Origin: Ignavibacteria bacterium
Lineage (GTDB): Bacteria; Bacteroidota; Ignavibacteria; UBA10030; UBA6906
DNA length: 47,405 nucleotides
Reading direction: 5' to 3'
NCBI GenBank assembly: GCA_027295705.1
Contig: JAPUKJ010000115.1
Coordinates: forward strand, 1-47,405
In this document: positions 31,034 through 40,892 of the stretch, piece after piece
Numbering within the stretch: position 1 is the stretch's first letter
Layout of the letters: each line of letters starts with the position of its first letter
Translations under genes and position numbers: made by a program
Notes under the pieces: generated by a model
The model's input: the letters and a program-made list of their open reading frames with translations, nothing else
Database searches by the model: none
What the model was told of the DNA's origin: nothing

Positions 31034-31324
31034 ATGGCACGTTCGCTGAAAAAAGGTCCATTTGTCTCCGCACGCTTGCAGGAGCAGGTCCACGTACTGA
31101 ACAAGTCGAACCAAAAAAAGGTAATAAAGACTTGGTCCCGCGCGTCAACTATCACGCCGGATTTCGTCGGACACACGTTTGCAGTGCACAACGGGAACAA
31201 GTTCATTCCTGTGTTCATCCACGAAGGCATGGTAGGCCACAAGCTTGGCGAGTTCGCCCCGACGCGTATTTTCCGGGTCCACCCGGGGATCAAGAAGGAA
31301 ACAACGACTACTCGGGCAGGGTGA
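31034..31324 (+). CDS. rpsS: 30S ribosomal protein S19
   Basis: 96 aa with [11 protein letters not shown] and [11 protein letters not shown]. Confidence 0.97.
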   Translation: MARSLKKGPFVSARLQEQVHVLNKSNQKKVIKTWSRASTITPDFVGHTFAVHNGNKFIPVFIHEGMVGHKLGEFAPTRIFRVHPGIKKETTTTRAG

Positions 31325-31343
31325 GCCGAAATCAGGATGTCTC

Positions 31344-31778
31344 ATGGAAGCGCGTTCAGTTAACAGATATATCGGGACATCTCCTCGAAAGATGCGACTG
31401 GTGATTGATCTCATTCGGGGCAAGGCGGTCGACAAGGCTTTGGATATTCTTCATTTTTCCCCTAAGGCGGCGTCGAAGATTGCTGAAAAGGTTGTCCGAT
31501 CGGCAGTATCGAACCTGCAAAACAAGGATGATGTGGGCCGGCTTGAACCTGATGCCATGGTCATAAAGAAAGCCTTCGTGGACACAGGCATGACGATGAA
31601 ACGCATCAGGCCGGCTCCAATGGGACGGGCGTTCCGGATCCGGAAGCGTTCTAACCATATCACAATTGTGGTTGCCGCAAAAGAAGGTGTTCGAGAAGTG
31701 CAACAGAAAACTAAGCGTGTTGTAAAGGGCAGATTGAAGCCTGCGAAGAAGCAGCCCGAAGTAGCAGGATCTGCATGA
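31344..31778 (+). CDS. rplV: 50S ribosomal protein L22 (with a basic C-terminal tail)
   Basis: The start is at the Met giving MEARSVNRYIGTSPRKMRLVIDLIRGK. The conserved core ends near SNHITIVVA and is followed by about 33 extra Lys/Arg-rich residues. Confidence 0.93.
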   Translation: MEARSVNRYIGTSPRKMRLVIDLIRGKAVDKALDILHFSPKAASKIAEKVVRSAVSNLQNKDDVGRLEPDAMVIKKAFVDTGMTMKRIRPAPMGRAFRIRKRSNHITIVVAAKEGVREVQQKTKRVVKGRLKPAKKQPEVAGSA

Positions 31779-31805
31779 CGTCAACGTCGTATTAAAGGAG
31801 GATGT

Positions 31806-32465
31806 TTGGGACAGAAGGTACATCCAATAGGTATGCGCCTCGGAGTTATCCGATCGTGGGACTCGAACTGGTATGATGAGAAATCGTTTGCGAGCAAGCT
31901 GACCGAAGACACGACAATCCGTGGATACGTGCGGAGGCGTTTGAAGAAAGCTGGGATTTCCAGAATTCAAATTGAGCGAACACCAAAGCGAGCTGTTGTC
32001 ACGATCCATACGTCGCGTCCCGGAATTGTGATCGGTCGAAGTGGAAAAGAGATTTCGCAATTGGAAGAGGAACTAAAGAAGATTACAAGCAAAGAAGTAA
32101 AAATTTTGATTAATGAGATCAAACGTCCCGAGTTGGATGCCTATTTGGTCGCCGAGGTCATTGCCCAGCAATTGGAAGGGAGAGTCGCTTTCCGGCGGGC
32201 GATGAAGAACGGAATCACGGCAGCGATGAGGATGGGAGCGGAAGGTATTCGCGTGATGACAGCGGGAAGGCTCGGGGGTGCGGAGATGGCACGCCGTGAA
32301 CAGTACAAGGACGGACGGATTCCTTTGCATACGCTTCGAGCTGATATTGACTATGCAACGGCAACCGCCCGCACTGTGTATGGCGCTATCGGCGTGAAGG
32401 TATGGATTTGCAAGGGTGAAGTCCTCGACGCTCAGCAGAGTCAGCATGTCTTTCCACGGCGCTAG
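31806..32465 (+). CDS. rpsC: 30S ribosomal protein S3
   Basis: TTG start after AAGGAGG. The product begins [13 protein letters not shown], the canonical S3 N-terminus. Confidence 0.96.
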   Translation: MGQKVHPIGMRLGVIRSWDSNWYDEKSFASKLTEDTTIRGYVRRRLKKAGISRIQIERTPKRAVVTIHTSRPGIVIGRSGKEISQLEEELKKITSKEVKILINEIKRPELDAYLVAEVIAQQLEGRVAFRRAMKNGITAAMRMGAEGIRVMTAGRLGGAEMARREQYKDGRIPLHTLRADIDYATATARTVYGAIGVKVWICKGEVLDAQQSQHVFPRR

Positions 32466-32497
32466 TGTCGGTACGGTGAACATTGGAGTAGTACCTT

Positions 32498-32932
32498 ATG
32501 TTAATGCCAAAAAGAGTCAAGTACAGGAAGGCACAGCGCGGCCGCATGCGTGGCAAGGCAACCCGCGGTTCAAAAGTGGATTTCGGCGATTATGGACTGA
32601 AGGCCTTAGAGCCAGGGTGGATTACCCAGCGTCAGATTGAAGCAGCTCGTGTCACCTTGACTCGGATGATGAAGCGGGAAGGCAAGGTGTGGATTAGGAT
32701 CTTTCCAGACAAGCCGGTAACAAAAAAACCGGCTGAGACGCGGATGGGCAAAGGCAAAGGTGCTCCTGAGTACTGGGTGGCTGTTGTCAAACCCGGGAGA
32801 ATCATGTTTGAGGTTGGGGGAACTAAGAAAGAGATTGCCCAGGAAGCATTGAGACTCGCTTCGCACAAGCTTCCAGTCAGGACCAAGATCACTGTACGTC
32901 CTGATTACGAGAGCGCTGCCCGCAGAGGGTGA
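32498..32932 (+). CDS. rplP: 50S ribosomal protein L16
   Basis: 144 aa starting [19 protein letters not shown]. Confidence 0.97.
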   Translation: MLMPKRVKYRKAQRGRMRGKATRGSKVDFGDYGLKALEPGWITQRQIEAARVTLTRMMKREGKVWIRIFPDKPVTKKPAETRMGKGKGAPEYWVAVVKPGRIMFEVGGTKKEIAQEALRLASHKLPVRTKITVRPDYESAARRG

Positions 32933-32965
32933 ATTGAAATCGAGTGAAGACATAGGGCTGACCGT

Positions 32966-33193
32966 ATGAAAGCAGCAGAGTTAAGAGATCTTTCGATCGA
33001 AGAATTGCAGAAAAGGCTCGCGGACGAGGAAGAGAGCCTCGGAAATCTGCGCTTTCAATTAGCGACGAGCCAGCTTGAGAGTCCTATCAAAGTCCGCACT
33101 ATACGCCGTGATATCGCAAAGATTATGACAGTGATTCGGGGAAAAGAGCTAGCGTCGGCTATACAGCAAATAAGCAACAAGGGTCAGAGATGA
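32966..33193 (+). CDS. rpmC: 50S ribosomal protein L29
   Basis: 75 aa containing [30 protein letters not shown]. Confidence 0.95.
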   Translation: MKAAELRDLSIEELQKRLADEEESLGNLRFQLATSQLESPIKVRTIRRDIAKIMTVIRGKELASAIQQISNKGQR

Positions 33194-33477
33194 TGAGTGC
33201 AAGTGAGCAGAAAATAGAGGCACGACGTCCTGCTCGGAGAAAAGTTCGCATAGGTAAGGTGGTCAGTAATAAGATGGAGAAGAGCATCGTTGTTTTGATC
33301 GAGCGTAGCGTACCCCATCCGATCTACAAGAAATACTTCAAACGCTCTTCAAAGTTCATGGCGCACGATGAGAAGCGCGAAGCTGGAATCGGTGACACGG
33401 TTCGGATAATGGAAACGCGTCCTTTGAGCAAACGCAAGAAGTGGCGGTTAGTAGACATAATAGAGAAGGCTAAGTGA
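33190..33477 (+). CDS. rpsQ: 30S ribosomal protein S17
   Basis: 95 aa with an ATGA overlap with rpmC. It contains [18 protein letters not shown] and [23 protein letters not shown]. Confidence 0.96.
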   Translation: MMSASEQKIEARRPARRKVRIGKVVSNKMEKSIVVLIERSVPHPIYKKYFKRSSKFMAHDEKREAGIGDTVRIMETRPLSKRKKWRLVDIIEKAK

Positions 33478-33502
33478 AGCTCCTGGATGGAGCCAGTCTA
33501 GA

Positions 33503-33871
33503 ATGGTACAAGAAGAAACAAACCTTGTTGTGGCAGACAACTCGGGTGCCAAAAGAGTCCGTTGTATTCGGGTACTTGGGGGTTCGGGCCGTCGTTATGC
33601 CGGTCTGGGGGACCTTGTCGTCGTATCGGTGAAAAAGGCGATCCCAGGGGCAACGGTGAAGAAAGGGGAGGTAGCAAGAGCGGTGATCGTGCGGACAAAG
33701 AAGGAAACTCGTCGCAAAGACGGATCCTTCATCAGATTTGATGAGAACGCCGCCGTGCTGATTAATGATCAGGGTGAGCCAAGGGGGAGTCGTATTTTCG
33801 GACCTGTTGCGAGAGAGCTTCGCGAGAAGCACTACATGAAAATTGTTTCCCTAGCACCAGAGGTTCTATAA
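33503..33871 (+). CDS. rplN: 50S ribosomal protein L14
   Basis: 122 aa starting [17 protein letters not shown]. Confidence 0.98.
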   Translation: MVQEETNLVVADNSGAKRVRCIRVLGGSGRRYAGLGDLVVVSVKKAIPGATVKKGEVARAVIVRTKKETRRKDGSFIRFDENAAVLINDQGEPRGSRIFGPVARELREKHYMKIVSLAPEVL

Positions 33872-33886
33872 AGTTGTCCAAGGAAT

Positions 33887-34210
33887 ATGAAGATACGGAA
33901 AAATGATAATGTCATGGTAATATCCGGGAACGCGAGGGGAAAAACCGGAAAAGTGCTGAAGGTGTACCGGGATCGCCAACGCATTATCGTTGAGGGTGTG
34001 AACATCATGAAGCGACATACCCGTCCCAGTCAGAAAAACCCGCAAGGGGGCATTATACAGAAGGAAGCAACCATCCACGTCTCCAACGTGATGTTGATCG
34101 ACCCGAAAACGAATGAGGTTACGAGAGTGGGGACAAAGGTGGTCAAGGACGCGACAACGGGAAGGAAAACGCGTATGAGGGTTTCTAAATCATCCGGTGA
34201 GACGTTTTGA
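33887..34210 (+). CDS. rplX: 50S ribosomal protein L24
   Basis: 107 aa with a KOW motif in MKIRKNDNVMVISGNARGKTGKV. Confidence 0.96.
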   Translation: MKIRKNDNVMVISGNARGKTGKVLKVYRDRQRIIVEGVNIMKRHTRPSQKNPQGGIIQKEATIHVSNVMLIDPKTNEVTRVGTKVVKDATTGRKTRMRVSKSSGETF

Positions 34211-34240
34211 GTTGTTCAGCGACTGATTAATCCGTCGGTT

Positions 34241-34924
34241 ATGGAAGAAGAAAAAGCGAAGAAACAAAAGAAGGGTGAGGGGAGTGGCAGAAAACCCAAG
34301 GAAGCAAAAGCAGCGGATGAACCGGCCAAAGCCCGCAAGCCCGAAGAGAAGACCATAGCGCGTCTCTCTGAAATGTACAGAAGAGAAGTGGTGCCTGCAC
34401 TGATGAAGCGATTTAGTTATAGGAACATTATGCAGGTTCCGCGTCTTGACAAGATATCTGTCAACGCTGGTGTTGGACAAGCGACGCAAGACCCGAAGTT
34501 GCTCGACTCAACTGTGAAGGAACTTGAGGCGATTATCGGCCAAAAGGTAGTTGTCACCCGCGCAAAAAAGTCGATCTCAAACTTCAAACTGAGGCAGGGA
34601 ATGCCTATCGGGTGCAGGGTAACTCTACGTCGCGCACGCATGTACGAGTTCTTTGATAGATTCATGAACATTGCGGTTCCGCGTATACGCGACTTCCGCG
34701 GGTTGTCTGACAAGTCCTTTGACGGTCGAGGAAACTACACTGTGGGGATCAAAGAACATGCTGTGTTTCCAGAGGTTGATGTGGACAAGATTACAAGAAT
34801 CTTCGGTATGGACATTACGTTTGCTACGACCGCGAAGACAGATCTGGAGGCGTTTGAACTTCTAAAGGCGTTTGGCATGCCGTTCGTGAGGCGGCACGAA
34901 GTATTGGAGATACACAAGGAGTAG
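34241..34924 (+). CDS. rplE: 50S ribosomal protein L5 (with an N-terminal extension of about 38 aa)
   Basis: 227 aa. The conserved L5 core begins at [40 protein letters not shown]. There is no in-frame ATG/GTG/TTG between 34241 and the Met at codon 45. Confidence 0.9.
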   Translation: MEEEKAKKQKKGEGSGRKPKEAKAADEPAKARKPEEKTIARLSEMYRREVVPALMKRFSYRNIMQVPRLDKISVNAGVGQATQDPKLLDSTVKELEAIIGQKVVVTRAKKSISNFKLRQGMPIGCRVTLRRARMYEFFDRFMNIAVPRIRDFRGLSDKSFDGRGNYTVGIKEHAVFPEVDVDKITRIFGMDITFATTAKTDLEAFELLKAFGMPFVRRHEVLEIHKE

Positions 34925-34953
34925 TTACTTTTGACTAAGGAATTATTAACACC

Positions 34954-35223
34954 ATGGCCAAGACCAGCTCGATAGCCCGAGAGGCGAAACGTCAACGTCT
35001 CGTTGCAAAATATGCAGCCTTGAGGCGGGAGTTAAAAGAGAAAGGTGATTACGCGGCGCTGGAGAAGCTCCCTCGTGATAGTAGTGCGACGCGTCTTCAC
35101 AATAGGTGCAATGTGACCGGGCGGCCTCGCGGCTACATGAGGAAGTTTGGTGTCTCGCGCATTGCTTTCCGCGAACTGGCGCTGGATGGAAAAATTCCTG
35201 GTGTAACCAAGGCAAGTTGGTAG
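34954..35223 (+). CDS. rpsN: 30S ribosomal protein S14 (long, Cys-less form)
   Basis: 89 aa containing [39 protein letters not shown]. Confidence 0.96.
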   Translation: MAKTSSIAREAKRQRLVAKYAALRRELKEKGDYAALEKLPRDSSATRLHNRCNVTGRPRGYMRKFGVSRIAFRELALDGKIPGVTKASW

Positions 35224-35229
35224 TACAAC

Positions 35230-35625
35230 ATGACAATGACTGACCCGGTAGCCGACTATCTCACTCGATTGCGGAATGCAATTCAGGCAGGCCACAAGCG
35301 TCTCGACATCCCGGCCTCAAAGTTGAGACGCAACCTTACACGGTTGTTACTTGAACATGGATTCATCGCTGGTTACACCGAGATCAAGGACACGCGGCAG
35401 GGTACTATTCGCATCCGGATTAAATATACCGATGGGAAACCCAGTATTTCCGGACTAAGGAGAGTGAGCAGGCCTGGTCTCCGCAAGTACGTTGGTGTTG
35501 ACGAGGCCCCTCGAGTGCTGGGCGGCCTGGGGGTTGCAGTGCTTTCCACATCTAAGGGGTTATTGACGGATAGACAAGCTCGCCAGGCGAATGTTGGGGG
35601 GGAAGTTCTGTGCGAGATTTGGTGA
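35230..35625 (+). CDS. rpsH: 30S ribosomal protein S8
   Basis: 131 aa starting MTMTDPVADYLTRLRNA. Confidence 0.97.
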   Translation: MTMTDPVADYLTRLRNAIQAGHKRLDIPASKLRRNLTRLLLEHGFIAGYTEIKDTRQGTIRIRIKYTDGKPSISGLRRVSRPGLRKYVGVDEAPRVLGGLGVAVLSTSKGLLTDRQARQANVGGEVLCEIW

Positions 35626-35655
35626 TGAAAATGTCCGATGTAGCGAGAGCATAAC

Positions 35656-36207
35656 GTGTCACGAATTGGCAAGAAACCCATACAGATTGTGACTGGGGTG
35701 AAAGTCCTGAAGACAGATCGTGAGGTGAAAGTGAAAGGTCCGAAGGGAGAGCTCTCAGCTAGGGTTCACCCAGAAATCGGCTTTGAGATCAATGATGATC
35801 ACATCATTCTCACTCGGCGCTCTGATCAGAAAGAACATCGTTCCCTGCATGGACTGTGGAGGGCGCTCATACAAAACATGGTCATAGGAGTCAGTGAAGG
35901 CTACACAAAGAAACTGGAGCTTGTCGGTGTCGGCTACCGAGCAGAACTTAAAGGTAAGAAACTCCAGTTGTTGATGGGTTATTCCCATCCTATTTTGTTC
36001 GCTCCGCCTGAAGACATAAAGATCGAAACGCCGACAGCAACAACAATCTCCATCAGCGGGATCGATAAACAGCTCGTTGGTCAGGTAGCTGCAAAGATCC
36101 GGTCCTTCCGCTTACCGGAGCCATATAAGGGGAAGGGCATAAGGTATGAGGGCGAGTACATTCGCCGAAAGGCCGGAAAAGCTGCTGCGGCTATAGCCAC
36201 AAAGTAA
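35656..36207 (+). CDS. rplF: 50S ribosomal protein L6
   Basis: 183 aa with a GTG start, beginning MSRIGKKPI. Confidence 0.96.
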   Translation: MSRIGKKPIQIVTGVKVLKTDREVKVKGPKGELSARVHPEIGFEINDDHIILTRRSDQKEHRSLHGLWRALIQNMVIGVSEGYTKKLELVGVGYRAELKGKKLQLLMGYSHPILFAPPEDIKIETPTATTISISGIDKQLVGQVAAKIRSFRLPEPYKGKGIRYEGEYIRRKAGKAAAAIATK

Positions 36208-36237
36208 TTTCAGCGTTACTGTTTAGAGTTTGTTAAC

Positions 36238-36606
36238 ATGATTACTAAGAAAAAAGCCCAACATCATCGGCGTTTGAAGCGCCACATCCGTAAACGGGTG
36301 TCGGGAACACCGGACCGGCCGCGGTTGACGGTTTGCAGAAGTCTAAGGCATATCTACGCTCAGATAGTGGATGATACGTCAGGGAGAACACTGGTTGCAG
36401 TTTCTGATCTTTCGAAGGGGTTCAAGGAAGAATTGAAAGACCTTAAGGGGAGAACAGCTATCGGCAGACGTGTTGGTGAACTCGCAGCAAAGATGGCGCT
36501 TGAGCGTAGTATCAAGAAGGTGGTATTCGACCGTAGCGGTTACTTGTACCACGGCCTTGTGAAGGCAATGGCAGATGGTGCTCGAGAAGGTGGGTTAGAA
36601 TTCTAA
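36238..36606 (+). CDS. rplR: 50S ribosomal protein L18
   Basis: 122 aa containing RPRLTVCRSLRHIYAQIVDD and FDRSGYLYHGLVKAMADGAREGGLEF. Confidence 0.97.
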   Translation: MITKKKAQHHRRLKRHIRKRVSGTPDRPRLTVCRSLRHIYAQIVDDTSGRTLVAVSDLSKGFKEELKDLKGRTAIGRRVGELAAKMALERSIKKVVFDRSGYLYHGLVKAMADGAREGGLEF

Positions 36607-36637
36607 CATCAATCGGGACCCGCAGCCCTTGTGATAT

Positions 36638-36708
36638 TGTCGGGTTGTCTAATGGCAGGACAGCGGCCTTTGGAGCCGTTAGTAGAGGTTCGAATCCTCT
36701 CCCGACAG
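36638..36708 (+). tRNA. tRNA-Gln (anticodon TTG) embedded between rplR and rpsE
   Basis: Hand-folded cloverleaf. Acceptor tgtcggg/cccgaca (U1:A72) with discriminator G. U8 is present. D arm gtct-aatggca-ggac (contains GG), anticodon arm gcggc-ctTTGga-gccgt, 4-nt variable loop tagt, T arm agagg-ttcgaat-cctct. No encoded CCA. Same strand as the operon. Confidence 0.85.
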
Positions 36709-36753
36709 CGTTACGAGAACAAGAATACACGAAAGGAAAAGAGGGACCGCATT

Positions 36754-37278
36754 TTGGCACGCATCAAAGCGAGTGAGTTGGAACTGAAAGATAAGCTCGT
36801 GCACATCAACCGTGTTGCGAAGGTGGTGAAAGGTGGGCGCCGGTTCAGTTTCAATGCGATTGTAGTTGTCGGTGACGGCAAGGGGCATGTCGGTGCGGGA
36901 CTTGGTAAGGCGAATGAAGTCGCCGATGCGATATCCAAAGGAGTTGATGATGCGAGAAAAAACGTCGTTTCTGTTTCCATTGTGAACGGAACAATTCCTC
37001 ATCCTATCGTTGGCAAGTTTGGAGCTGGCAAGGTGTTGTTGAAACCCGCGTCGCCTGGTACTGGTCTTATCGCAGGCGGCGGAGTGCGTGCAGTTCTGGA
37101 ATCAGCGGGTGTTCGTGACGTGCTGACAAAATCGATGGGATCGTCGAACGCCCACAGTGCTGTGAAGGCAACAATGGTTGCCCTTCAGAGTTTGACGGAT
37201 GCGAAGGCCGTCGCGACCCGTCGCGGTATAAAGTTATCGGAATTATTTGGTACTGGACCAACGCCCGAAACCACGTGA
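36754..37278 (+). CDS. rpsE: 30S ribosomal protein S5
   Basis: I re-set the start to the in-frame TTG at 36754, giving [33 protein letters not shown], a typical S5 N-terminus of 174 aa, with GAAAGGAAAAGAGGG upstream. The track start at 36631 would read through the tRNA-Gln gene. Confidence 0.88.
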   Translation: MARIKASELELKDKLVHINRVAKVVKGGRRFSFNAIVVVGDGKGHVGAGLGKANEVADAISKGVDDARKNVVSVSIVNGTIPHPIVGKFGAGKVLLKPASPGTGLIAGGGVRAVLESAGVRDVLTKSMGSSNAHSAVKATMVALQSLTDAKAVATRRGIKLSELFGTGPTPETT

Positions 37279-37290
37279 CCTGACTACTTC

Positions 37291-37476
37291 ATGGCGAAGA
37301 AACTCAAAATCATCCAAAAAAGGAGTATTATCGACCGCACTGAGCCTCAGAAGCGTACAATCAAAGCTCTTGGTCTTGGTCGCCCGAATTATAGTGTGGT
37401 TCATAAGGATACACCCCAGATCCGTGGGATGATTCGAAAGGTCATACACTTGGTAGAAGTTGAAGAGGTGAAGTAA
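37291..37476 (+). CDS. rpmD: 50S ribosomal protein L30
   Basis: 61 aa containing KIIQKRSIIDRTEPQKRTIKALGLGR. Confidence 0.95.
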   Translation: MAKKLKIIQKRSIIDRTEPQKRTIKALGLGRPNYSVVHKDTPQIRGMIRKVIHLVEVEEVK

Positions 37477-37483
37477 GAGATCA

Positions 37484-37966
37484 ATGGCACGAGATATTCT
37501 CAGTAGCCTTTCCCCCGCGAAGGGGTCACGTAAGAAACGCAAGCGGATTGGTCGCGGTCAAGGTTCCGGCCGCGGCGGAACGTCAACGCGAGGGACCAAG
37601 GGGCAAGGCTCCCGTTCGGGATGGACTTACCGCCCGTGGTTTGAGGGCGGTCAGATGCCTCTCGTTCGAAGGGTTCCAAAGCGGGGATTCCACAGTCCCT
37701 TCAAGAAGGAATATCAGCTCTTAAACGTTGACAGGCTTGAGAAGCTCGCTTCAGACGGCAAGGTGCCGAATGCTGTCATCACTCCTGAGTTTTTGCTGAA
37801 ACTGGGCGTTGTCAAGAAAACGAATGTGCCGATCAAAGTGCTGGGCAACGGAGAGCTAACGGCAAAACTGGATGTGTCGGTCCATGCATTTAGCAAGCCC
37901 GCCATACAGAAAATTGAGACTGCGGGCGGCAAGGCGCGAACTGTTAGCTTAAATGTGAAAGAGTAA
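37484..37966 (+). CDS. rplO: 50S ribosomal protein L15
   Basis: 160 aa containing RIGRGQGSGRGGTSTRGTKGQ. Confidence 0.96.
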   Translation: MARDILSSLSPAKGSRKKRKRIGRGQGSGRGGTSTRGTKGQGSRSGWTYRPWFEGGQMPLVRRVPKRGFHSPFKKEYQLLNVDRLEKLASDGKVPNAVITPEFLLKLGVVKKTNVPIKVLGNGELTAKLDVSVHAFSKPAIQKIETAGGKARTVSLNVKE

Positions 37967-39291
37967 TGGTAAAGCTCGCTGAAAGTTTTCGCAACGTCTT
38001 TAAGATTCAGGAACTTCGTACCCGAATCTTTTTCACCGCTGCGCTACTGATCATCGTCCGAATAGGAGCGCATGTCACCCTCCCGGGAGTTGACGCTGTC
38101 CTTCTGGCAGAGGCAGCTAAGAATCAGGCTTCGAACACTCTCTTCGGTTTGTTTGATTTGTTTGTCGGGGGAGCCTTCAGCAATGCTGCTATCTTCGCCT
38201 TGGGAATCATGCCCTATATCAGTTCCTCAATTATTCTGCAGCTGCTTGGCGCAGTGGTTCCATATTTCCAGAAGCTTTCGAAAGAAGGAGAGGATGGACG
38301 CCGGAAGCTTACACAGTTGACCCGTTACGGCACGGTGCTCATTGCAGCACTTCAGGGATGGGGAGTGAGTGTACGACTTGCGAGTCTTACGATTCAAGGT
38401 CTGCCTATTGTTCCTCCGGAAGTGCAGGGCTTGGGCTTTACTTTGAGCACGGTGATGTTCTTGATAGCGGGGACAATTTTCATGATGTGGCTTGGCGAGC
38501 AAATCACTGAGCGGGGATTAGGCAACGGTATATCCCTTATTATTTTCATCGGTATCATAGCTCGATTCCCCCAATCAATTTTCGATCACTTTAGGTTGGG
38601 TCAGAACCTGATTGTTTCTCTAATTATTATTGCGTTCATGGTTGCCATTATTGCTGGAATCGTTCTTGTAACGCAAGGCACACGCCGCATCCCTGTGCAG
38701 TATGCAAAGCGTGTTGTCGGTCGAAAGGTTTATGGCGGCGTTACTCAATACATCCCGATGCGTGTAAACACCGCCGGTGTCATGCCAATCATCTTTGCGC
38801 AATCGATCATGTTCATACCGAGTACGATCTTAACGTTCTTCCCGGAGAGCGAGTTCATGCAGACTATGTCCGGTTATTTTGAATTTACCTCACTAACATA
38901 CTCGTTCTTTTACGGTATCATGATCGTGTTCTTTACGTATTTCTATACGGCTATCGCATTCAATCCTAAGGATGTGTCGGAGAACATGCAAAAACAGGGA
39001 GGGTTTATTCCAGGCATTCGTCCTGGGAAGAACACAGCGGATTTCATTGATAATATATTGACAAAGATTACGTTACCAGGATCTATTTTCCTTGCGGTTA
39101 TTGCGATCATGCCCGCCTTCATGGTCAGGTTCGGTGTCACGATCAGCTTTGCACAGTTTTTTGGTGGAACCAGTCTCCTTATCATGGTTGGCGTGGCATT
39201 GGACACCTTGCAACAAGTCGAGTCTCATTTGCTAATGCGTCACTATGATGGGTTTATGAAGTCTGGGAAGCTTAGGGGGCGTTATCGCTAG
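37966..39291 (+). CDS. secY: Preprotein translocase subunit SecY
   Basis: 441 aa with 10 TM-like segments. It contains GIMPYISSSIILQLL and GEQITERGLGNGISLIIF. The ATG overlaps the rplO stop (TAATG). Confidence 0.97.
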   Translation: MVKLAESFRNVFKIQELRTRIFFTAALLIIVRIGAHVTLPGVDAVLLAEAAKNQASNTLFGLFDLFVGGAFSNAAIFALGIMPYISSSIILQLLGAVVPYFQKLSKEGEDGRRKLTQLTRYGTVLIAALQGWGVSVRLASLTIQGLPIVPPEVQGLGFTLSTVMFLIAGTIFMMWLGEQITERGLGNGISLIIFIGIIARFPQSIFDHFRLGQNLIVSLIIIAFMVAIIAGIVLVTQGTRRIPVQYAKRVVGRKVYGGVTQYIPMRVNTAGVMPIIFAQSIMFIPSTILTFFPESEFMQTMSGYFEFTSLTYSFFYGIMIVFFTYFYTAIAFNPKDVSENMQKQGGFIPGIRPGKNTADFIDNILTKITLPGSIFLAVIAIMPAFMVRFGVTISFAQFFGGTSLLIMVGVALDTLQQVESHLLMRHYDGFMKSGKLRGRYR

Positions 39292-39321
39292 GATTTCCTT
39301 CTCAACGCTGGGTTTCTGCTT

Positions 39322-40086
39322 ATGGGGAAAGTAACAATTAAATCCAAACAGGAAATAGAAGCCATGAGGGAGAGTTGCCGGATAGTTGCGGAAGTGCTCG
39401 CACTTGTTGGCTCACGAGTCAAACCCGGTGTGTTCGCAAAGGAGTTGGATGAACTTGCGGAAGTCTGGATTCGTTCGCGAGGTGGTGTGCCGGCATTCAA
39501 AGGATACGGGCACGACAAAAAGAACCTGTTCCCTTCCTCACTCTGTATCTCGGTTGATGACGAGGTGGTTCACGGAATCCCCGATGGACGTGTGCTCGAG
39601 GAGGGACAGGTCGTTTCCATTGATGTAGGGGTGGAAAAGGGTGGTTACTTCGGCGACGGTGCACGGACGTTTGCCGTTGGGAACACATCGGAACAAAAAG
39701 GTCGTCTGGTGAGGGTGACGGAGGAATCTCTATATAAAGGGATCGCGATGGCGCGCTTAGGAAACCATGTGCACGATGTTTCCTCGGCTGTGCAGGAACA
39801 CGTGGAAGCCGCTGGTTTTTCCGTCGTCAGGGATTTGGTTGGTCATGGGATCGGGAAAAAATTGCATGAGGAGCCTCCTATCCCTAATTTTGGTGCCCCG
39901 GGGACAGGGATTGTCTTGAAAGAGGGTATGGCGTTAGCGATTGAGCCGATGGTGAATACAGGGACATACAAGGTGCAGGTAGGTGCCGATGGATGGACTG
40001 TTCGAACAACCGACGGCGAACCTTCAGCCCACTTTGAGCATACGGTTATTGTGGGAAAAGAGGAGGCCGAAATTCTGACCACATAA
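39322..40086 (+). CDS. map: Type I methionine aminopeptidase
   Basis: 254 aa with the metal-ligand context VVHGIP, VSIDVG, GDGARTF, GHGIG and LAIEPM. Confidence 0.95.
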   Translation: MGKVTIKSKQEIEAMRESCRIVAEVLALVGSRVKPGVFAKELDELAEVWIRSRGGVPAFKGYGHDKKNLFPSSLCISVDDEVVHGIPDGRVLEEGQVVSIDVGVEKGGYFGDGARTFAVGNTSEQKGRLVRVTEESLYKGIAMARLGNHVHDVSSAVQEHVEAAGFSVVRDLVGHGIGKKLHEEPPIPNFGAPGTGIVLKEGMALAIEPMVNTGTYKVQVGADGWTVRTTDGEPSAHFEHTVIVGKEEAEILTT

Positions 40087-40105
40087 GGGTGTTGTCAAGA
40101 CAAAC

Positions 40106-40324
40106 ATGGCGAAGCAGGGTCCAATTAAGGTCGATGGAGTCATTACTGAAACATTGCCCAATGCGATGTTCAAAGTCAGTTTGGAAAACGGACACAATGT
40201 TCTGGCTCATATCTCGGGAAAGATGCGGATGAACTTCATTAAAATTTTGGTGCGTGACAAGGTGACTATCGAGCTCTCCCCATATGACCTGACGAAAGGT
40301 CGAATCACGTACCGTTATAAATAG
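40106..40324 (+). CDS. infA: Translation initiation factor IF-1
   Basis: 72 aa containing [33 protein letters not shown]. Confidence 0.97.
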   Translation: MAKQGPIKVDGVITETLPNAMFKVSLENGHNVLAHISGKMRMNFIKILVRDKVTIELSPYDLTKGRITYRYK

Positions 40325-40339
40325 TACATCAATGCCGCT

Positions 40340-40453
40340 ATGAAAGTGAGATCATCAATCAAGAAAATGTGCAAGAATTGCAAGATTATAAGACGAAAAG
40401 GTGTAGTGCGCGTAATCTGCAAGAATCCTAAACACAAACAGCGTCAAGGTTAA
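40340..40453 (+). CDS. rpmJ: 50S ribosomal protein L36
   Basis: Own translation: [37 protein letters not shown] (37 aa). It is below the ORF-track size cut-off and is in the canonical position between infA and rpsM. Confidence 0.95.
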   Translation: MKVRSSIKKMCKNCKIIRRKGVVRVICKNPKHKQRQG

Positions 40454-40469
40454 TCAAGGAGGAGTTCGG

Positions 40470-40853
40470 TTGGCTCGTATTGCCGGTATTGATCTACCAA
40501 AGAAGAAACGATCGGAGATAGGTCTCACGTACATCTACGGGATCGGTCGTAGTACTGCTCGCAATATTCTTCAGAAAGCTGAAATTGGTTTCGACAAGAA
40601 GGTCGGTGATCTCAATGATGATGAAGTTGCAAAGATACGGAGCATCATAACTGCCGATCACAAAGTAGAAGGAGCTGTGCGGGGCGAAGTGCAGATGAAC
40701 ATTAAACGCCTAATGGACATCGGCTGCTACCGGGGCATTCGTCACAGGAGAGGATTGCCCGTGCATGGCCAGCGTACGCGCACTAATGCCCGTACACGCA
40801 AAGGTCGTCGTAAGACCGTTGCCGGCCGGAAGAAAGCTGCATCGAAAACGTAA
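40470..40853 (+). CDS. rpsM: 30S ribosomal protein S13
   Basis: 127 aa with a TTG start after AAGGAGGAG, beginning [10 protein letters not shown]. Confidence 0.96.
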   Translation: MARIAGIDLPKKKRSEIGLTYIYGIGRSTARNILQKAEIGFDKKVGDLNDDEVAKIRSIITADHKVEGAVRGEVQMNIKRLMDIGCYRGIRHRRGLPVHGQRTRTNARTRKGRRKTVAGRKKAASKT

Positions 40854-40892
40854 TAGTGTACCATTAACGTACTAGATTTCTGGAGGTTCAAA

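Noticed and set aside
31356-32060. 234-aa minus-strand ORF, plus many other 60-200-aa antisense ORFs across the window (for example 766-1359, 13262-13672, 23319-23762, 43125-43595)
   Set aside because: All are shadow ORFs opposite highly conserved, confidently identified genes (rplV/rpsC, hbd paralogue, rplK/rplA, rpoC, rplQ). Their compositions are Arg/Ser/Pro-rich, as is typical of antisense frames, and there is no independent support.
36631-36753. 41-codon N-terminal extension of S5 in the ORF track, and the minus-strand ORF 36512-36760
   Set aside because: Both run through a canonical tRNA-Gln cloverleaf. The S5 homology starts only at the TTG at 36754 ([21 protein letters not shown]...).
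39292-39321. Absence of adk between secY and map
   Set aside because: The 30-nt spacer leaves no room for a gene. The presence or absence of adk at this position varies among bacterial lineages, so this is not evidence of anything unusual.
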